Shown here piece by piece: positions 60,877 to 64,000 of a stretch of DNA of 64,000 nucleotides (position 1 is the first letter of the stretch; every line of letters begins with the position of its first letter). Under the pieces are notes generated by a model. The model did no database searches, had not been told where the DNA came from, and saw nothing but the letters and a program-made list of their open reading frames with translations. Source of the DNA: an uncultured Methanolobus sp. GTDB taxonomy: Archaea > Halobacteriota > Methanosarcinia > Methanosarcinales > Methanosarcinaceae. The stretch spans positions 1,664,001 to 1,728,000 of the forward strand of contig OY776215.1 of the NCBI GenBank assembly GCA_963675495.1, in the 5' to 3' direction. Both the position numbers and the translations under genes were made by a program.

Positions 60877-62280
60877 TCACTCGATCTGCTTTCTGAATTT
60901 GTCACAGCAGTTGATGTCAATTCCAAGAAGTTTCTCGATGTTCATCTTAGCTGCAATTCCTTTTGGAGCACCTGCAACTGAAGTGATTACACCGATACCA
61001 AGCTCTTCCCTTAGTTCCCTCATTACATACTCATCACTGAGGTCGTCTGTGGTAACGTCAAGCTTCTTGGCAACGAAGTCCTTTGCTTCTCCAATTCTCA
61101 TGCTCTTTGCAAGCTGCATCCTTGCAACAAGGTCACCAGCAGCTCTGATTCCGCTCATTCCGGAAGTCATTATGTGGGAGATCGGCATACCCATCGGGTC
61201 GCCGACCCCTATCTATATTCCATCCACGCCGGCGACTTCGACCATCGCCTTGCTTGCTCTTGAAACAGCGTCAATTGTTGGGGTCTCGAACATTGGGATA
61301 CTGCCTACACCCATTCCCATGTTCACATGGCAGGGGATAGAGGAAGCTTTAACGGCTGCCTTGGTGAAGGTAACAGCTCTTCCAAGGTTCCATGCAGATG
61401 ATTTACTGGTATTTGTGTTGCATACAGGTCCAAATACGTTTGCACCGGCCTTTGCTGCAAGTGGAGCCTGCTGGTGTGGCCACAGACCTGCAAGTACTGT
61501 ACCGTCATATTCCATCTCACCGTGAAGACCGAGCAAAAGCTCTCCAGCCATACCTGCTTCGATATAGATGTCAGGGAACTGCTTTCTCAGTGCCTCGATT
61601 GCATGAAGGGAGGCAAACATGTCACCGTCTCCTGCAGCACCGATAGTATCGAAGTTAACACCATCTGCACCGGATGCCATGAGTTTCTGCATGATCCATA
61701 CAGTGTCTCTTGTAAGGTGTTCAGCTGAATGTTCCATGGATTCCTGTGCTTCCTTGATCTTGAAAGCTTTCATAAGGTCGCCTGGGTTCTCGAAAGGACC
61801 ATCAGGTGTGTAGTACAATCCCATGTTTGGCATTGCACCGTAAAGAAGAGGAACTACCATGTTCTGCTGGCAGACTTCCATTGTCTGCATTTCCTGTGAG
61901 ATCACAGGTTTTACAGGTTTGTAACTGTAGTCGATGTGACCTAATTCCATTGTGTCAGCACCGAATGCTCTCTCGTGCATCATTGCACCAACGAGCCTGC
62001 TGGATGGGATACCTACTCCGCTGTTACCCTGGTCACCGTCAATTCTGATGGTTCCGATATCGTGGGTCACTGGGACTTCCATACCTTGTTCGACACCAAC
62101 CATCCTTGAAGGCATGGTTAAGATTTCTACAAGTTTGTCGATCTCATCTTCACTAAGGTTAGGGATCTCACCAAGGTCTGCAGCATCTGCCATACCTGCT
62201 TTAAGGTCAGCGACTATCTGCTCCTTTGTCATGAAAATACGCTTTCCGTCTCCCATTCTAAGTTTATATTCTGTTGCCAT
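60877..62280 (-). CDS. mtbB: Dimethylamine methyltransferase, pyrrolysine-containing (TAG at 61213-61215), copy 2
   Basis: Nearly identical to 34717-36120. Confidence 0.96.
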
Positions 62281-62933
62281 AAAAATCACCTCATTTAAAG
62301 CAGGAGTTCCTTAGCTTTTATTACAGCTTCACTGGCGTTCTCTGCATAGCAGTCTGCACCGATCTTTTCAGCCCATGCTTCTGTTGCTGGAGCTCCACCG
62401 ACCATTACCTTGATATTATCTCTAATACCGTTCTCTTTGAGCATCTCAATGACTTCTTTCTGAGCTGGAAGGGTTGTGGTCATAAGAGCGGACATACCTA
62501 CCATGTCTGCATTGGTTTCCTTGATCTTGTCAATGAAGTTCTGCAGAGGAACATCCCTGCCGATATCGTGGACTTCAAAACCTGCTGACTGAAGCATGGT
62601 TGAGACAATGGACTTGCCAATGTCATGAACGTCACCTTCGACAGTACCGTTTACTATAACGCCGAGTTTCTTGCTTGAAGCATCTGCTGGCATATCTGCT
62701 TCAAGGAGAGCGACACCTGCTTCCATTGCGCCTGCGGCCATCATTACATGAGGAAGGAACATCTTACCTCTCTCAAAACGGATACCAACTTCATTCATTC
62801 CTGCTGCGAGACCTTTCTCGATGATCTCAGGAGCTGAAATACCTTCACTTCTTGCTTTTTCTACAGCTGCTGTTACAACATCATTCTTGCATGTGATAAC
62901 TGCATCTGATAATTCTTTGAACATTTCTTCTTT
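60880..62933. repeat. Near-identical mtbC-mtbB repeat, copy 2
   Basis: Matches 34720-36773. Confidence 0.95.
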
Positions 62934-62939
62934 ACTAAT
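62295..62939 (-). CDS. mtbC: Dimethylamine corrinoid protein, copy 2 (ATT at the homologous start position)
   Basis: Nearly identical to 36135-36779; GGAGGT-N6-ATT-AGT-AAA. Confidence 0.9.
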   Translation of the reverse strand: MSKEEMFKELSDAVITCKNDVVTAAVEKARSEGISAPEIIEKGLAAGMNEVGIRFERGKMFLPHVMMAAGAMEAGVALLEADMPADASSKKLGVIVNGTVEGDVHDIGKSIVSTMLQSAGFEVHDIGRDVPLQNFIDKIKETNADMVGMSALMTTTLPAQKEVIEMLKENGIRDNIKVMVGGAPATEAWAEKIGADCYAENASEAVIKAKELLL

Positions 62940-63110
62940 AATAATACCTCCATCACTTTTTGCCTCCAGTTGGTAGAGAACATGAAACTTGAAGAGCAAT
63001 CAGTTATAGTAAATCATAAGAAGAAAATGTATATATCATAAACTCAATCAAATGTGCTTACTGTGTTTGAATTCACTACCAACACTGACATGCTCTATTG
63101 TCTTGATAGT

Positions 63111-63129
63111 ATTACAACAGCGTTGTAAT
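63111..63129. promoter_or_regulatory. Perfect palindrome upstream of mtbC2-mtbB2-mtbP
   Basis: ATTACAAC-AGC-GTTGTAAT. Confidence 0.55.
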
Positions 63130-63330
63130 CTTGGGTTATCATTATAATGAGTAGATATCTTATAGGCAGGATATTGAAAGTATGAAATAGCACTTCGAGT
63201 AAAAAGATTAATCAAAATAGTCAGTGCTATTTTTTATTTAAAGATCTATTCTATATCTATTATATGTAGCTGCTACAAATAAAAAAATTCTGTATTGGTA
63301 AGATGCTGAATGTTAGAGAATTAATTAGTA

Positions 63331-63405
63331 ACTTATCACATGAAATTCTTGTCTCAGAACACCTGCCCTGATTCCTTGAACTTCTTCCTGGTGTCGTCGT
63401 ACCTT
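63331..63405 (-). pseudogene. Tiny 3' remnant of mtmB
   Basis: YDDTRKKFKESGQVF* versus mtmB YDGARKKLEELGLVF*, with the downstream TTATCACA also retained. Confidence 0.65.
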
Positions 63406-63510
63406 AAGATATTGATACAAAAATAAAATCAAAAATAAAAATAGAATATCTCCGGGCAGAAAAGTGACTACTACTCATATGAAGGATTAACCCGGAGAAA
63501 TTACTTGTCA

Positions 63511-64000
63511 TCAATATTTGTAGCTCTTTGCCATCTCCACCATTGCCTGGAGATTCTCGGTTGGAGTCTTGCTCACAATACCGCATCCAGGAGCCAGCAG
63601 ACCAATTCCTGCATCCAGAACCTTCTGTGACTGTTCCTTGATCTCCTCAGGTGTCCTGTTCCAGAGCATGTTAACAGGATCAAGGTTACCAACGATGACA
63701 GCATTTTTCACATTTCCTACAGCAGTTGCAGCATCTACATTCTGGTCAACACTAATAGCATCCACACCACATGTTTCCATGACTCCAAGACCCTGGGTGG
63801 TGTCACCACAGACGTGCAGTACTGTTGGAACATTAAGCTCACGCATAGCATCACAGACCTTCTTGTGGAAAGGTACCACGAACTTCTCGTAGAACTCATT
63901 ACCGATAAGCTGTGGACTTGCGGTTGGGTCAATGATGACCATTGTGTCTGCACCGTTCTCTACCATCTTCTTTGCATATGCAACACTGAACTCAGTTGTG
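63511..64000 (-). CDS. mtbA: Methylcobamide:CoM methyltransferase copy 2 (5' part outside window)
   Basis: Nearly identical in DNA to 24692-25181. Confidence 0.88.
   Translation of the reverse strand, partial: TTEFSVAYAKKMVENGADTMVIIDPTASPQLIGNEFYEKFVVPFHKKVCDAMRELNVPTVLHVCGDTTQGLGVMETCGVDAISVDQNVDAATAVGNVKNAVIVGNLDPVNMLWNRTPEEIKEQSQKVLDAGIGLLAPGCGIVSKTPTENLQAMVEMAKSYKY

Noticed and set aside
62940-62999. N-terminal extension of mtbC2 from TTG 62999
   Set aside because: Not present in the near-identical copy 1; the RBS sits inside the extension at the homologous spacing.
1-64000. CRISPR array, rRNA, prophage or intact transposase
   Set aside because: No regularly spaced repeats, rRNA-like sequence or intact mobile genes seen.

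Overview
Archaeal chromosome window from a methylotrophic methanogen of the Methanosarcinaceae; the genus cannot be fixed from sequence alone, though Methanolobus/Methanococcoides-like is plausible. The first ~24 kb holds housekeeping and accessory genes: ribose-1,5-bisphosphate isomerase, a Fic protein, two MNT-HEPN toxin-antitoxin pairs, two aldehyde dehydrogenases with a TPP enzyme, a betaine-type ABC transporter, argS, aRF1 and taw1. From ~24.7 kb to the end is a large methylamine-utilisation island. It contains mtbA x2, mtmBC, mtbBC x2, mttBCP, mtbP and a stand-alone tRNA-Pyl (CUA); mtmB, mttB and both mtbB copies carry in-frame TAG (pyrrolysine) codons that split them in the ORF track. 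Less explained elements embedded in the island are: (i) a full-length MtmB paralogue with Met in place of pyrrolysine; (ii) three paralogous hydantoinase/oxoprolinase-A-like ATPases with no B subunit, surrounding a PAS/GAF protein with no output domain, all between mttB and pylT; (iii) a Cache histidine kinase-receiver-wHTH module sharing a palindromic operator-like motif with the second mtbCB-mtbP operon; (iv) decayed mtbA, mttB, mtmB, larE and IS5 fragments plus a MITE-like element. All family calls come from motif recognition by eye; no database searches were run.
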